A stretch of 64,000 nucleotides of DNA from an uncultured delta proteobacterium (lineage in GTDB: Bacteria; Desulfobacterota; Binatia; Binatales; Binataceae): NCBI GenBank assembly GCA_963808235.1, contig CAWEEQ010000004.1, positions 2,048,001 to 2,112,000 of the forward strand, read 5' to 3'. The stretch's first letter is position 1, and every line of letters begins with the position of its first letter. Positions 19,691 through 30,108 of this stretch are shown piece after piece. Below the pieces are notes generated by a model that did no database searches, had not been told where the DNA came from, and saw nothing but the letters and a program-made list of their open reading frames with translations. The position numbers and the translations under genes were made by a program.

Positions 19691-20650
19691 CTAAGGCTTG
19701 GCGATCAGCGAACCTGACGCTGCGGCAGCGATTGGGGAGACCGGTTGCGCTACAGCGGTGTAGTGACGGACAAGCTCCGTCGTGACTTCGGGACCCCCAA
19801 TATAGATCGGACCCTCCTGCCTCAGCAGCCGATAGGGCGCAGTCGACTCAAAGTAAAGCGTGTCCTTCGGAACTGCCGGCTTGATAATGTGCAGAATGAA
19901 GCGCGGCCAGTTCGGCATCATAGTCGCAACGTCCACCTGGGCGGTGACCTTGAACGCGGAGAAACTGCCGGCCGGCACCGTTACATTCTCAACGCCCCCG
20001 ACGGCAACGTCCTGCCCGACATAGTTGTAAGGCGTGAGCTGCTGATTCAGCGTCCCCTGCGCACCCTCGCGCGGTGCGTTTGGCGCGTCCAGCACGCGCA
20101 GAAACGCCATCCACGGAACTGCATCGGGATAGAGGTAGCTCGGGAGATCGGGTGCTCCATTCAGCTTGGGCCTCGCATCGCTGCGCCAGAACCGGCTCTG
20201 CAGCGCGCGTCCGTTCTCGAACAGCGTCCATTGAAACATCGTGCAACCCGGCCGATGATTCGGGAGCAGCCAAAAGCCGACTTCATACTGACGGTCCGGC
20301 AGGGTGCTCACCTCGATATGGACCGTGTCGTCACCCGAGATCTCGTTCCACGACTTGACCTGCTTCAACTCCTGTCCGGTTGAGTTCACGCGCTGCCTGG
20401 TTTCGTCAACCTCGACACCTGATGGCGGCGTCATCAGTCCAGGCCCCGATTGCTCGCCGAACCTGGCGCGACCGACGAGGCCGCGCGCCATGAGCCACGA
20501 ATCGATCGCGCCACCTGCACTCGACTCTGTGCTCGGCGCCGGAACCACGTCCGCGCGGCCCACGGCAACCCTTTGAGTCAAGCTCGCCGCGAACACTGAC
20601 AGTGAAACAATGAGAATCCAGACTCGGAACGAAGTGCTTGTTCCAAAAAT
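19691..20650 (-). CDS. Secreted hypothetical protein with a DUF3108-like C-terminal motif; probable ATT start
   Basis: ENVTVPAGSFSAFKV motif. The in-frame extension to ATT 20650 (AGGAG 6 nt upstream) completes a signal peptide; the first canonical start is GTG 20596. Confidence 0.65.
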   Translation of the reverse strand: MFGTSTSFRVWILIVSLSVFAASLTQRVAVGRADVVPAPSTESSAGGAIDSWLMARGLVGRARFGEQSGPGLMTPPSGVEVDETRQRVNSTGQELKQVKSWNEISGDDTVHIEVSTLPDRQYEVGFWLLPNHRPGCTMFQWTLFENGRALQSRFWRSDARPKLNGAPDLPSYLYPDAVPWMAFLRVLDAPNAPREGAQGTLNQQLTPYNYVGQDVAVGGVENVTVPAGSFSAFKVTAQVDVATMMPNWPRFILHIIKPAVPKDTLYFESTAPYRLLRQEGPIYIGGPEVTTELVRHYTAVAQPVSPIAAAASGSLIAKP

Positions 20651-20879
20651 TTGTGGCTCCTAGACACAGAACGACGATGCGCGCCGGCGCACGGGTTCAA
20701 GCATACCGGACCCTGCTCAGCGCAGACGTTCCGGCACGCATACCGCGTGGAAACTGCAACTCTTCCCTCGGGCAGAGATTGTAGATGGAGGCAAACTCTC
20801 GGGAGGTCTACTGAGCGTATGCTCTTACGAGCCGCCAAAGCAAACCCTTCTGATTAGCCAACGAGAGCGCGATTAACGC

Positions 20880-21647
20880 TCAATCCCGAATAGCGGGCCA
20901 TTGCCAACAGGATAGTGTCCAGTCGCGTCCTTTGGTGGCAAGAGCAGCAGCGTAGCCGGGAGAGGGGGTCAGGTTGTGCAGACACCAACGATGAGCTTCA
21001 TCTGAATCTGGCTTGGTGCTCAAGAGCGCCGCAGGTTCTCCGGGAATCAGCGACACGTCGAACTGATCCAGGGGCATTGAGAGTCCTTCACCTCTCGCCT
21101 TGATATAGGCTTCCTTGCGGGTCCAACAGAGAAAGAATGCGTATTTCCGAACGGCGAGCGGAAGCGCCCGGAGCGCTACAATCTCGCTGTGCGAGAAAAA
21201 TCGCTCGGCGATTTGCTCCGTCTCCGAATCGCAGCGGATGAGCTCGAGATCGACGCCGAGCTCACGTCCACGAGTAACCGCATAAAGGGCCGTCCCGTGA
21301 GAGTGGGAAAGATTGAAGCGGATCGCATCTGCGCCAGATTCCGAGGCCAGGGCGGGCTTCCCCTGGGTGCTATAACTGAAGGAGAGGCTCTCGGGCGATC
21401 TGTTTAAGTAGCGGCTGAGGAGCGCCCGGAGTACTCCCCGCGCTACGATAAAGCGTACGCGGTCGCGGCTGAAATAGAAGCGGTCGGCCCTCGATCGTTC
21501 GTCGTCGTCCAAGGTGTCTTTAAAGAGAGCGACCTGGGATGGGTTCTCATCCAAACTGGCTCGCCAAACATGCACCGCGCCGCCGCCTAGGCTCAGCCGT
21601 TCGGGCGCCGCGAACCAGTTAGAATCAAAAGCAACAACTGGTGACAT
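20880..21647 (-). CDS. 4'-phosphopantetheinyl transferase (Sfp/HetI type)
   Basis: VHVW, QGKP, FNLSHS, LGVDLE, FF.CWTRKEAYIKARGEGL. Confidence 0.95.
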   Translation of the reverse strand: MSPVVAFDSNWFAAPERLSLGGGAVHVWRASLDENPSQVALFKDTLDDDERSRADRFYFSRDRVRFIVARGVLRALLSRYLNRSPESLSFSYSTQGKPALASESGADAIRFNLSHSHGTALYAVTRGRELGVDLELIRCDSETEQIAERFFSHSEIVALRALPLAVRKYAFFLCWTRKEAYIKARGEGLSMPLDQFDVSLIPGEPAALLSTKPDSDEAHRWCLHNLTPSPGYAAALATKGRDWTLSCWQWPAIRD

Positions 21648-21665
21648 TAGCGCTGTCTCTGCTCT

Positions 21666-22415
21666 TCACCGCAGTTCCTGCGAGAGAGCCCGAAGAAGTA
21701 ACGGCTGAGTCGACTTCAGGAAGAAATGGTCGCCGGGAAACATCCGGATCGTGAAGGAAGCTGTGGTCTGATCGCGCCATGCTTCGAGATCGTCGTGATT
21801 GATTCTTTGGTCGCTCAGACCGCCAAAAGTGGAAATCGGGCAATTGAGCGGAGGGCCCGACAGGTATCGATAGCTTTCGAACAGTGCGAAGTCCGCGCGC
21901 AACGAAGGAAGCACGATATCCATAAGTTCCTTGTTACTCAGCAGCTCTGCCGGAATTCCGTTCAATCGACGCAATTCCGCCATAAATTCTTTTTCCGGCA
22001 AGTCATGGATCGGAGAATTTCGACGAGGAACCTGCGGAGCAGGTCCTGCTGAGACAAACAGGCGGACGGGACGCACTTGATGGTTTGCCCAGATCTGCCG
22101 CGCGAGTTCAAAGCTTACCAATGATCCAAGACTATGACCGAACAAGGCGAAGGGTTTGTCGAGCAGCGGAAGTAGCGCCTGGATCAACGCCTCAACCAGA
22201 AGCGAGAGTCGGCTGTACGGAGGTTCCATCAATCGAGTTCCGCGCCCGGGGAGCTGAACCGGACATACCTCGACATCGGAGGGGAGGCCGTTCGACCAGT
22301 CGCGAAACACCGATGCGGCTCCGCCGGCATACGGAAAACAGAACAGACGCAGGCGCGCCTGTGGGTTCGGCTTGCGACCCGCAATCCACGAATCTAATGA
22401 GGATAACGAGGTCAG
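21666..22415 (-). CDS. Type II thioesterase; probable CTG start overlapping the mbtH stop
   Basis: The in-frame region upstream of GTG 22310 encodes the conserved [12 protein letters not shown]; also VQLPGRG, FGHSLG, LRADF, FPGDHFF. Confidence 0.9.
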   Translation of the reverse strand: MTSLSSLDSWIAGRKPNPQARLRLFCFPYAGGAASVFRDWSNGLPSDVEVCPVQLPGRGTRLMEPPYSRLSLLVEALIQALLPLLDKPFALFGHSLGSLVSFELARQIWANHQVRPVRLFVSAGPAPQVPRRNSPIHDLPEKEFMAELRRLNGIPAELLSNKELMDIVLPSLRADFALFESYRYLSGPPLNCPISTFGGLSDQRINHDDLEAWRDQTTASFTIRMFPGDHFFLKSTQPLLLRALSQELR

Positions 22416-22690
22416 GATTTCCTCTCCTTCGCTTTCAGATGATTCCCGTTCAAATGAACACCCGAAAGTTCAGAGACGCTTGCGGAATTGTTCATCTTAT
22501 TCCGAAGACTGAGCGGTCTCATATCGGTCCATACTTCTTCAATGTAAGCGAGACACTCCGACTTGGATCCACTCTTAGGCGCGTCGTGCCAGCCAGCCGG
22601 ATTCGGGCGGTCGGCAGCCCAGACGGAGTATTGCTCCTCGTCATTCACCACGACTCTATATTTTGTATCTTCTGTGTCGTTGGCGTTCAT
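22412..22690 (-). CDS. mbtH: MbtH-like protein
   Basis: [12 protein letters not shown]...PAGW...[18 protein letters not shown]; ATGA overlap with the NRPS stop; ~25-aa C-terminal extension. Confidence 0.95.
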   Translation of the reverse strand: MNANDTEDTKYRVVVNDEEQYSVWAADRPNPAGWHDAPKSGSKSECLAYIEEVWTDMRPLSLRNKMNNSASVSELSGVHLNGNHLKAKERKS

Positions 22691-25600
22691 TGAGAGTCCT
22701 TTACCAATTCGTTCGGTAGCTCAATTCTTTCGGCTGGAAGATCGAGATTCCGCTGCGCCAGGTCGATGCATGCCGCGAGCTTCTCTGCCAGGGTCTCGAC
22801 GTTCGGTTTATAAACCATGGTCGCGTGATTGCCAGGAACGAGTTGAACGTCCACCCCGCCATCGGCCCAATCACTCCATCCCAAAGTCGGATCAAGGCGA
22901 TTTCCAGAAGGGTCCTCGCAGGCTTTGAACAAAGTCACTCGGCCAGGATAGCGATGCAATACGTAATTCCGACTAGCTCGAAAGTCTGATTTGCAGAGCT
23001 CGATCAAGCAATGCGCCTGAGAAGCTTCAATATCAGTCGGTATCAAGCCAGCTACCTTACCCTGCTCCAGGACTCGCGCCAGGAGTTCGTCGCGCGGAAG
23101 AAGCGCGAGCGACTGGCTGAGATCCGCTGAAAGACCGAAATAGCGGACGACATCGGCCATCAAAATTGCTTCGAAGTCTTCATCTGCAACATTCTCGGCG
23201 CTGGATGGAATGCGGGCATCGAGTAAAGCCAGCAGCGCCACTCTCTGGCCGCGCGCATTAAGCTGCTGAGCCATCTCGAAAGCTATCTCACCACCCATAG
23301 ACCAGCCGCCGAGCAAATAGGGACCTTCAGACTGAACAGACTGGATAGCTTCAATGTAATAGGCGGCCATGTCCTCGATCCGGGTGTGTGGTTCCTGGCC
23401 GTGTTCCACTCCCCTGGCCTGCAGCCCGTAACAAGGCTGATCAGGACCTAGCTGTTGTGCCAGACTGACAAACGGGAACACGTGTCCTCCGGCGGGATGT
23501 ATGAGGAAGAGCGGTCGCTTGTGGCCGCCCGGCTGAATAGGAACCAACGATGATGGCGTTTCCGACAAGGAGTTCTGGCGGACGATTTCTGCCAGACCCT
23601 CGACGGTTGCTCCTCGAAAAAGAGCAGCCAACGGAAGTCTCTTACCCAATCGCTTATCGATCAGGGCAAACAAGCGTACCGCCAACAGCGAGTGCCCTCC
23701 AAGATCGAAAAAGTTGTCGGTCACTCCGATCGGTCGAATGTTAAGAACTTCTTCCCAGAGACCGGCTAGTCGTCGCTCCAGCTCATCGCGCGGCGCCACA
23801 AATGTCTTTCCCATTTCAGGTCGCGTCTGGTTCGGCTTTGGCAGCGCAGCGCGGTCCACTTTTCCGTTCGGCATCGTGGGAATGGAATCGAGCAGCATGA
23901 AGACCGAGGGCACCATGTACTCGGGAACCTTGTCCTTCAGAAAACTGCGCAGGACACCAGCCGTAACCGCATGCTCGTGGTCGCCTACCACGTAGGCCAC
24001 CAGGCGTTTTTCACCTCGGAGCTCCTGGTGAGTCGACACGACCGCTTGACGCACGGAAGGATGCTGCGCCAAGGCTGCCTCGATCTCTCCTAGCTCAATT
24101 CTGAATCCGCGGATCTTCACCTGATGGTCGGTACGCCCGATGTATTCGATATTTCCGTCGGGTAAGTGGCGCGCCAGGTCGCCGGTTTTGTACATTCGTG
24201 CGCCGGCTACGTTACTGAACGGATCCGGAATGAATTTGTCAGCGGTCAGATCCGGCCGGTTCAGATATCCTCGCGCGAGGCTCATCCCCCCGATATGAAG
24301 CTCACCCGGAACTCCAATCGGGACTGGATTACAATGCCTGTCCAGGATGTAGATCTTTCGATTAGCCAGCGGACGACCTATCGGTACTCGATGAAGCCGC
24401 GCACAATCGCCAACTGGCAGTGCTGTTTCATACGCAGTCGCTGTTATGGTCGCTTCAGTGGGTCCGTAGGCATTGATGAGACGAACTGAACTTAGCGGGG
24501 TTTGCTGCCAGAGACTGAGAGCTTCCGGCAACATGATGTCTCCGCCGACCAGGAAGAGCCGGTACTGCGCATTCGCAACCGGTTCCGGTTCCGCCGCCCA
24601 CTCCTGCACAAGTTCCTGCCAGTACCCCGTGGGAAGGTCCACAACGGTCAATCCGCATTCGGCCGCTTTTTTATGAAATTCTGCCGGTCTCCACACTTCT
24701 CTTCCCACCACAACCAGCCGCGCTCCGACAATGAGAGTGGGGAGTATCTGTTCCAACGACAGATCGAAGCTCATCGACGCGAACTGCAGTACCCGATCGG
24801 TGGGCTCGAGTTCGTAGTACTTTACGGCATCACGGCAATGTTCCGCGATCGACCCATGCGAAACCAGAACTCCTTTCGGCTGACCGGTAGATCCCGAGGT
24901 ATAGATTATGTAGGACAGGTTTTCAGGCTCGCTTGAGCCGATCGGATTGTCTGAACTTTCTCGGGCGATCGATTCCCCGTCTGAATCCAAACAGACTACC
25001 CGCGCGAGATGTTCCGGCAACCCTTGAACCAGGCGCTCTTGTGTCAGGAGCACCGAAGCCTTCGAGTCCTCCAGCATGAAGCCAATGCGTTGTTTCGGGT
25101 ACGCGGGATCAAGCGGCAGATACACGCCTCCGGCCTTCAGGATAGCCAGCAGGCTGATCACCACTTCCAGCGAGCGCTCCAGGCAGACTCCAATCGGTAC
25201 TTCGGGTCCTACACCTAGCTTGCGCAGGCTGTGAGCTAGTCGATTAGCTCGAACGTTTAACTCACGATAAGTTAGCTGCTGGTCTTCGCAAACGAGTGCG
25301 ATCGCATCGGGTGTGCGCTCCACCTGGGCTTCGAAAAGCTGATGGATGCTTGGCGCTGGGATATAACTGTGAGCGACATCATTGTACCCCACCAAGACTT
25401 GTTGACGCTCGGAGTCGGTCAACAGCGATAATTCTGAAAGGTGCCGATCGGGATTCGTAACTATGGCCTCGAGCAAGGTTCGGAAGTTGGCCAACATGCG
25501 AGTTATCGTGCCGGCGTCAAACAGGTCAGTGTTGTATGCCGCGGTCCCCACCAGACCTTCCTCGGTATCGGCAACATGAAGCGTCAAATCGAAGTGAGTA

Positions 25601-28600
25601 GTTCCACCGTCCGTAATCACGGGATTCAAGGTCAGACCCGGCAATTCGACTGCGCGCATTGACGAATTCTGAAGAACGAACATCACCTGGAACAGCGGAT
25701 TGCGGCTCAGATCGCGCTCGATGTGCAATTCTTCGACCAGCCTCTCAAACGGCAGATCCTGATGGACGTACGCGTCAACGCATACCTTGCGTACACGCCG
25801 CACGAGTTCTCGAAAGGTAGGATTGCCGGAAAGGTCGGTGCGCAACACGAGCGCGTTGACGAAAAATCCGATTAGTCCTTCGATCTCGAGTCGGTTACGG
25901 TTGGCGACCGGGGTGCCCACGATCAGATCGTCTTGCCTTGTGTAGCAGTGCAGCAGGACTTTGAATGCCGCCAACAGCGTCATGAATAGCGTGGCAGCTT
26001 CCTGTCGGCTGAGTGTGCTAAGTGCGCTCCCGACTGCTTTGGGCAACAGCAACGACTGATGTCCGCCGCGAAAGGTCTGCACCGCCGGCCGAGGATGATC
26101 CTCAGGCAGCTCCAGCAACGGCGGAGCGCCGTCGAGCTGCTGCTTCCAATAGTCTAGCTGCCTCTCAAGCACCGCGCCTTGTAACCACTTTCGTTGCCAG
26201 AACGCAAAGTCGGCGTATTGGATGGGCAGCTCTGGCAGCGGTGACGGGCCTTCAGAACAGTACGCCTGGTACAGTACCGCCATCTCGCGAATCAGTATTC
26301 CGGCCGACCAGCCGTCGGACACGATGTGATGCATCGTGAGAAGCCCGACCTGCTCGTCGTCGGCAAGCCGCAGCACTTTAGCCCGGATGAGCGGACCACG
26401 GGCCAGATCGAACGGGTGACGAGCCTCTTCAACAACCCGCCTTTGAACTTCGTTCTCTCGCTCAATCTCGGGCAGATCTCTCAGATCCGCGATCGGCAAC
26501 TCAACATTAAGACTCGACGCGATTACCTGAGTCGGTTGTCCATCGACCATCAAAAATGTCGTTCGGAGAGCTTCGTGGCGTCTCACAATTTCGTTGAGGC
26601 TCCGCTCGAGCGCCGCAAGGTTGAGCGATCCTTTGAGGCGAACCGCTACCGGGAAGTTGTAAACCGAGTTTCCTGGATCAAGTTGATCGATGAACCACAG
26701 TCGCTGTTGCGCAAAGGAGAGCGGCAGGTCGCCATCTCGAGGAACAGGTTGTATAGGTGACAGTTGAAGACTATCGCCGTCCCGGCGCGACAGCTCCAGG
26801 CTTTCAGCAAGGCCGGCGACCGTAGGAGTTTCGAACAGGCGGCGCAACGGCAGCTCCACCTGAAGCGTTTCACGGATGCGAGACACAACCTGAGTGGCAA
26901 GCAGTGAGTGCCCTCCCAAATCGAAGAAATCATCGTAGATGCCCACGCGTTCGACACCCAGTACTTGTGCCCAGATATCCGCGAGTAACTCCTCTGTGGG
27001 AGTACGGGCGCCAACGAATGCCTTGTCCAAATCTGGCCGTGTCTCGCCGGGCGATGGCAGGGCGCGCCGATCGACCTTTCCATTTGACGTCAGAGGAAAT
27101 TTATCGAGCAGCACGAAAACCGCAGGTACCATGTGCTCAGGCAGCTTGCTCTTCAAAAAAGTGCGCAGTTCGATGGCCGTCGGTGCGCATCGAGGCTGAG
27201 CGACCACGTACGAAATTAATCGTTTTTCTCCTGGCCCGGCTTCGTGAACTGCGACGATTGTCTGAGCTACCGACGGATGCTGCGCAAGTGCCGCTTCAAT
27301 CTCGCCGAGTTCAATCCTGAAACCCCGGATTTTGACCTGGTAGTCTCCGCGGCCGAGATACTCGATATTTCCGTCCGGCTGATAGCGCGCAAGGTCGCCG
27401 GTCTTGTACAACCGCCTGCCCGGCTCGCTGCTGAACGGATCTGGAATAAATTTCTCGGCGGTTAATCGCGGCCGGTTCAGATAGCCGCGCGCCAAACTCA
27501 CGCCGCCTATGTATAGCTCTCCGGCAACTCCGATCGGCACGGGGCGGAGCGCAGCGTCCAGAATATACATCCGGGCATTCGGTATGGGCCGTCCTATCGG
27601 AACCGCCGACTCACCGTTTGTTCCGTCGCATAGCCAATATGCCGAATCGATGATCGTCTCAGTCGGTCCGTAGACATTGTAGAGCTTGGCTCCGGAGCGC
27701 CGGCCAAATTCCGCGACTATATCCGGCGTCAGCGCTTCGCCGCCGCACATGACCGCGCGCAACGCGATGGCATCCTTGAAAGCGGGCTCCACTACCAAAA
27801 GGCGCAGAAACGACGGGACGCAATGAAGAATCGAAATGCCCTGGTCGCGGATCTTCTCCGCTATGTAGCGGCAATCGCGGTGCGCATTCGGCTCGGCAAC
27901 TATCAGACGCGCGCCCGCCAGTAGGGTCGGAAAGATCTCGCGCCCCGCCGCATCGAATGTGATCGGCGTTTTCAGAAGAGTGCTGTCGTCCGGCGTGATC
28001 GCCAGAGTTTGCGATAGCCACTGGATCGTATTGCTCAGACCTCGATGCTCGACCATCACGCCCTTGGGCTGCCCGGTCGAGCCGGAAGTATAAATCACGT
28101 AAGCCAGGTTGCCGGCCCTTGCCAGGATCGGCGGATTCTCACAGCTCTCGCGGGCGATTGATTCCCGATCGGCGTCGAGACATATCAGGCGCAGTCCTTG
28201 CTCCGGCATGCGCTCGCTCAACGGCTCCATCGTGAGCATCACTCGCGCTCGAGCGTCTTCGAGCGTAAATGCCAGCCGTTCTTTTGGGTAGGCAGGATCT
28301 ATCGGCAAGTAAGCTCCGCCCGCCTTGAGGATGCCGAGCAGCGCGACGATCATCTCGACACACCGCTCCATGCAAAGCGCCACTGGTACATCCGGCCCAA
28401 CTCCCTGCGCGCGCAGGTAGTGCGCCACTTGATTTGCGCGCGCGTTGAGCTGCGCGTAGGTCAGATGATGATTCTCGAACGTGAGCGCAATCCCGTCTGG
28501 CGTACGTTCCACCTGCTCTTCGAACAAGCGATGAATGCACACGTCGTCCGGATACGCAGACGCGGTCTGGTTGAACTCCACCAACACCCGCTTTCGCTCG

Positions 28601-30108
28601 ACGTTATCGAGAATTTCCGACTCGTTGCGCGCCGCCGATTCGTGCTCCGGGTCAGTGGCGGCAAGTACGTCCGCGAGGTCACTTAGCCGCACATCCGGTT
28701 GCGCGACCACATGGCCAAGAAGAGTTTCAAAGTATTTTCCAAACCGGATGATGGTAGAGTGATCGAACAGTTCGGCGTTGTATCTCATGGAAATCGAGAG
28801 CGACTGCGTCGATTCGACTACCAGCAATACCAGGTCCAGCGACGCGGACCGATGTTCCAGCGGAAATGACTCGAGTACCAGGCCACCGGAGTTCATGGTG
28901 GGACCTGCTTCACCATGTACGAATGTGGGCGCGCCCTGTTCCGCAAGCCCATGGGGCTTGTCCAGCACAAACATGACCTGGCAGATAGGTGGGCGGCTCA
29001 AGTCGCGGGCGGGCTTCAGTCGTTCGACCAGCAGTAGCGTAGGGAAATCCTGATGCTCGAGCGCGTCGAGCACCGTCTGGCGGACATGGCTTACGAACTC
29101 CTGGAAAGTCGGATTCCCGGAGAGATTCACCCGCAAGAAAACCGGATTGGTAAAGAGTCCGACGATCTCTTCGAACTCGGCGCGGCTCCGGCCCACAACC
29201 GGCGAGCCAACCACCAGGTCTGTCTGCTCCGACAAGTAATGAAGCATCGCCTGGAACGCCGCGAGCATGACTACATAGAGCGTCGCGCCCTGGGCCTTTG
29301 CCAGAGTCTTCAGGCGCCCGCTCAATTCGTCGTTCAGAACGAAATCATGTGATCCGCCGCGATGCGTCTGGATCGGTTGCCGCGGACGATCCGTCGGCAG
29401 ATCCAACACGGGCAACTGGCCAGCTAGCTGTTTGCGCCAGTAAGCCCATAGGCGCTTGCCTTCAGCGCCCGCCAGCATTTCAGATTGCCATCGAACGTAG
29501 TCGCCGTATTGCACATCGATCGGTGGTAGCGTCGCTCGCATATCGGCCGCTTCCGCCGGGTACAGCGTGCCAAGCTCATTTAGAAGTATTGCGAGCGACC
29601 AGAAATCGATCACAATGTGATGCACCACCAAGAGCAGGTAGTGTTCGTGCCGAGACCGCTTGTAGACACTCACTCGAAGCAAGGGACCCTGCTCGAGATC
29701 GAAAGGACGATGCGCCTCGTCGGCCAATCGAGGCTCCATCTCGTCGCGCGACCACGCGGAAGCATCGAACTCCTCGAAGTGGACTTTCGCGCCGTGATGT
29801 ATCCGCTGCGTTGGTTTCCCGGAACGCGCGGATAGGGTGGTTCTTAGGCAAGGGTGGCGATCGACCAGCGCCTGAAATGATCGACGCAGGGCTGGAACGT
29901 TCAGCTCGGAAGTGATTCGCGCGGCGAAGCTGACGTTGTAGACCATACTCTCCGGCGCCAACTGAGAGAGAAACCATATCCCTTGCTGGTTGTAGGACAG
30001 CGGATAGAACGACTCTTCCTCACTCCCTTTCTTCCGGAGGAGGTCAGCAAGAAGAGCGCGCTTTTCCGCCGATGAGAGATCGGCGAGCCGTTGAGATACA
30101 CCAGCCAC
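22687..30108 (-). CDS. Two-module NRPS: C-A-T-C-A-T-TE
   Basis: C1 HHIVIDFW, A1 [23 protein letters not shown]1 GGHSLL, C2 [10 protein letters not shown]2, T2 GGHSLL, TE GWSMGG; no E domain; GTG start overlapping the PKS TAG. Confidence 0.96.
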   Translation of the reverse strand: MAGVSQRLADLSSAEKRALLADLLRKKGSEEESFYPLSYNQQGIWFLSQLAPESMVYNVSFAARITSELNVPALRRSFQALVDRHPCLRTTLSARSGKPTQRIHHGAKVHFEEFDASAWSRDEMEPRLADEAHRPFDLEQGPLLRVSVYKRSRHEHYLLLVVHHIVIDFWSLAILLNELGTLYPAEAADMRATLPPIDVQYGDYVRWQSEMLAGAEGKRLWAYWRKQLAGQLPVLDLPTDRPRQPIQTHRGGSHDFVLNDELSGRLKTLAKAQGATLYVVMLAAFQAMLHYLSEQTDLVVGSPVVGRSRAEFEEIVGLFTNPVFLRVNLSGNPTFQEFVSHVRQTVLDALEHQDFPTLLLVERLKPARDLSRPPICQVMFVLDKPHGLAEQGAPTFVHGEAGPTMNSGGLVLESFPLEHRSASLDLVLLVVESTQSLSISMRYNAELFDHSTIIRFGKYFETLLGHVVAQPDVRLSDLADVLAATDPEHESAARNESEILDNVERKRVLVEFNQTASAYPDDVCIHRLFEEQVERTPDGIALTFENHHLTYAQLNARANQVAHYLRAQGVGPDVPVALCMERCVEMIVALLGILKAGGAYLPIDPAYPKERLAFTLEDARARVMLTMEPLSERMPEQGLRLICLDADRESIARESCENPPILARAGNLAYVIYTSGSTGQPKGVMVEHRGLSNTIQWLSQTLAITPDDSTLLKTPITFDAAGREIFPTLLAGARLIVAEPNAHRDCRYIAEKIRDQGISILHCVPSFLRLLVVEPAFKDAIALRAVMCGGEALTPDIVAEFGRRSGAKLYNVYGPTETIIDSAYWLCDGTNGESAVPIGRPIPNARMYILDAALRPVPIGVAGELYIGGVSLARGYLNRPRLTAEKFIPDPFSSEPGRRLYKTGDLARYQPDGNIEYLGRGDYQVKIRGFRIELGEIEAALAQHPSVAQTIVAVHEAGPGEKRLISYVVAQPRCAPTAIELRTFLKSKLPEHMVPAVFVLLDKFPLTSNGKVDRRALPSPGETRPDLDKAFVGARTPTEELLADIWAQVLGVERVGIYDDFFDLGGHSLLATQVVSRIRETLQVELPLRRLFETPTVAGLAESLELSRRDGDSLQLSPIQPVPRDGDLPLSFAQQRLWFIDQLDPGNSVYNFPVAVRLKGSLNLAALERSLNEIVRRHEALRTTFLMVDGQPTQVIASSLNVELPIADLRDLPEIERENEVQRRVVEEARHPFDLARGPLIRAKVLRLADDEQVGLLTMHHIVSDGWSAGILIREMAVLYQAYCSEGPSPLPELPIQYADFAFWQRKWLQGAVLERQLDYWKQQLDGAPPLLELPEDHPRPAVQTFRGGHQSLLLPKAVGSALSTLSRQEAATLFMTLLAAFKVLLHCYTRQDDLIVGTPVANRNRLEIEGLIGFFVNALVLRTDLSGNPTFRELVRRVRKVCVDAYVHQDLPFERLVEELHIERDLSRNPLFQVMFVLQNSSMRAVELPGLTLNPVITDGGTTHFDLTLHVADTEEGLVGTAAYNTDLFDAGTITRMLANFRTLLEAIVTNPDRHLSELSLLTDSERQQVLVGYNDVAHSYIPAPSIHQLFEAQVERTPDAIALVCEDQQLTYRELNVRANRLAHSLRKLGVGPEVPIGVCLERSLEVVISLLAILKAGGVYLPLDPAYPKQRIGFMLEDSKASVLLTQERLVQGLPEHLARVVCLDSDGESIARESSDNPIGSSEPENLSYIIYTSGSTGQPKGVLVSHGSIAEHCRDAVKYYELEPTDRVLQFASMSFDLSLEQILPTLIVGARLVVVGREVWRPAEFHKKAAECGLTVVDLPTGYWQELVQEWAAEPEPVANAQYRLFLVGGDIMLPEALSLWQQTPLSSVRLINAYGPTEATITATAYETALPVGDCARLHRVPIGRPLANRKIYILDRHCNPVPIGVPGELHIGGMSLARGYLNRPDLTADKFIPDPFSNVAGARMYKTGDLARHLPDGNIEYIGRTDHQVKIRGFRIELGEIEAALAQHPSVRQAVVSTHQELRGEKRLVAYVVGDHEHAVTAGVLRSFLKDKVPEYMVPSVFMLLDSIPTMPNGKVDRAALPKPNQTRPEMGKTFVAPRDELERRLAGLWEEVLNIRPIGVTDNFFDLGGHSLLAVRLFALIDKRLGKRLPLAALFRGATVEGLAEIVRQNSLSETPSSLVPIQPGGHKRPLFLIHPAGGHVFPFVSLAQQLGPDQPCYGLQARGVEHGQEPHTRIEDMAAYYIEAIQSVQSEGPYLLGGWSMGGEIAFEMAQQLNARGQRVALLALLDARIPSSAENVADEDFEAILMADVVRYFGLSADLSQSLALLPRDELLARVLEQGKVAGLIPTDIEASQAHCLIELCKSDFRASRNYVLHRYPGRVTLFKACEDPSGNRLDPTLGWSDWADGGVDVQLVPGNHATMVYKPNVETLAEKLAACIDLAQRNLDLPAERIELPNELVKDSQ

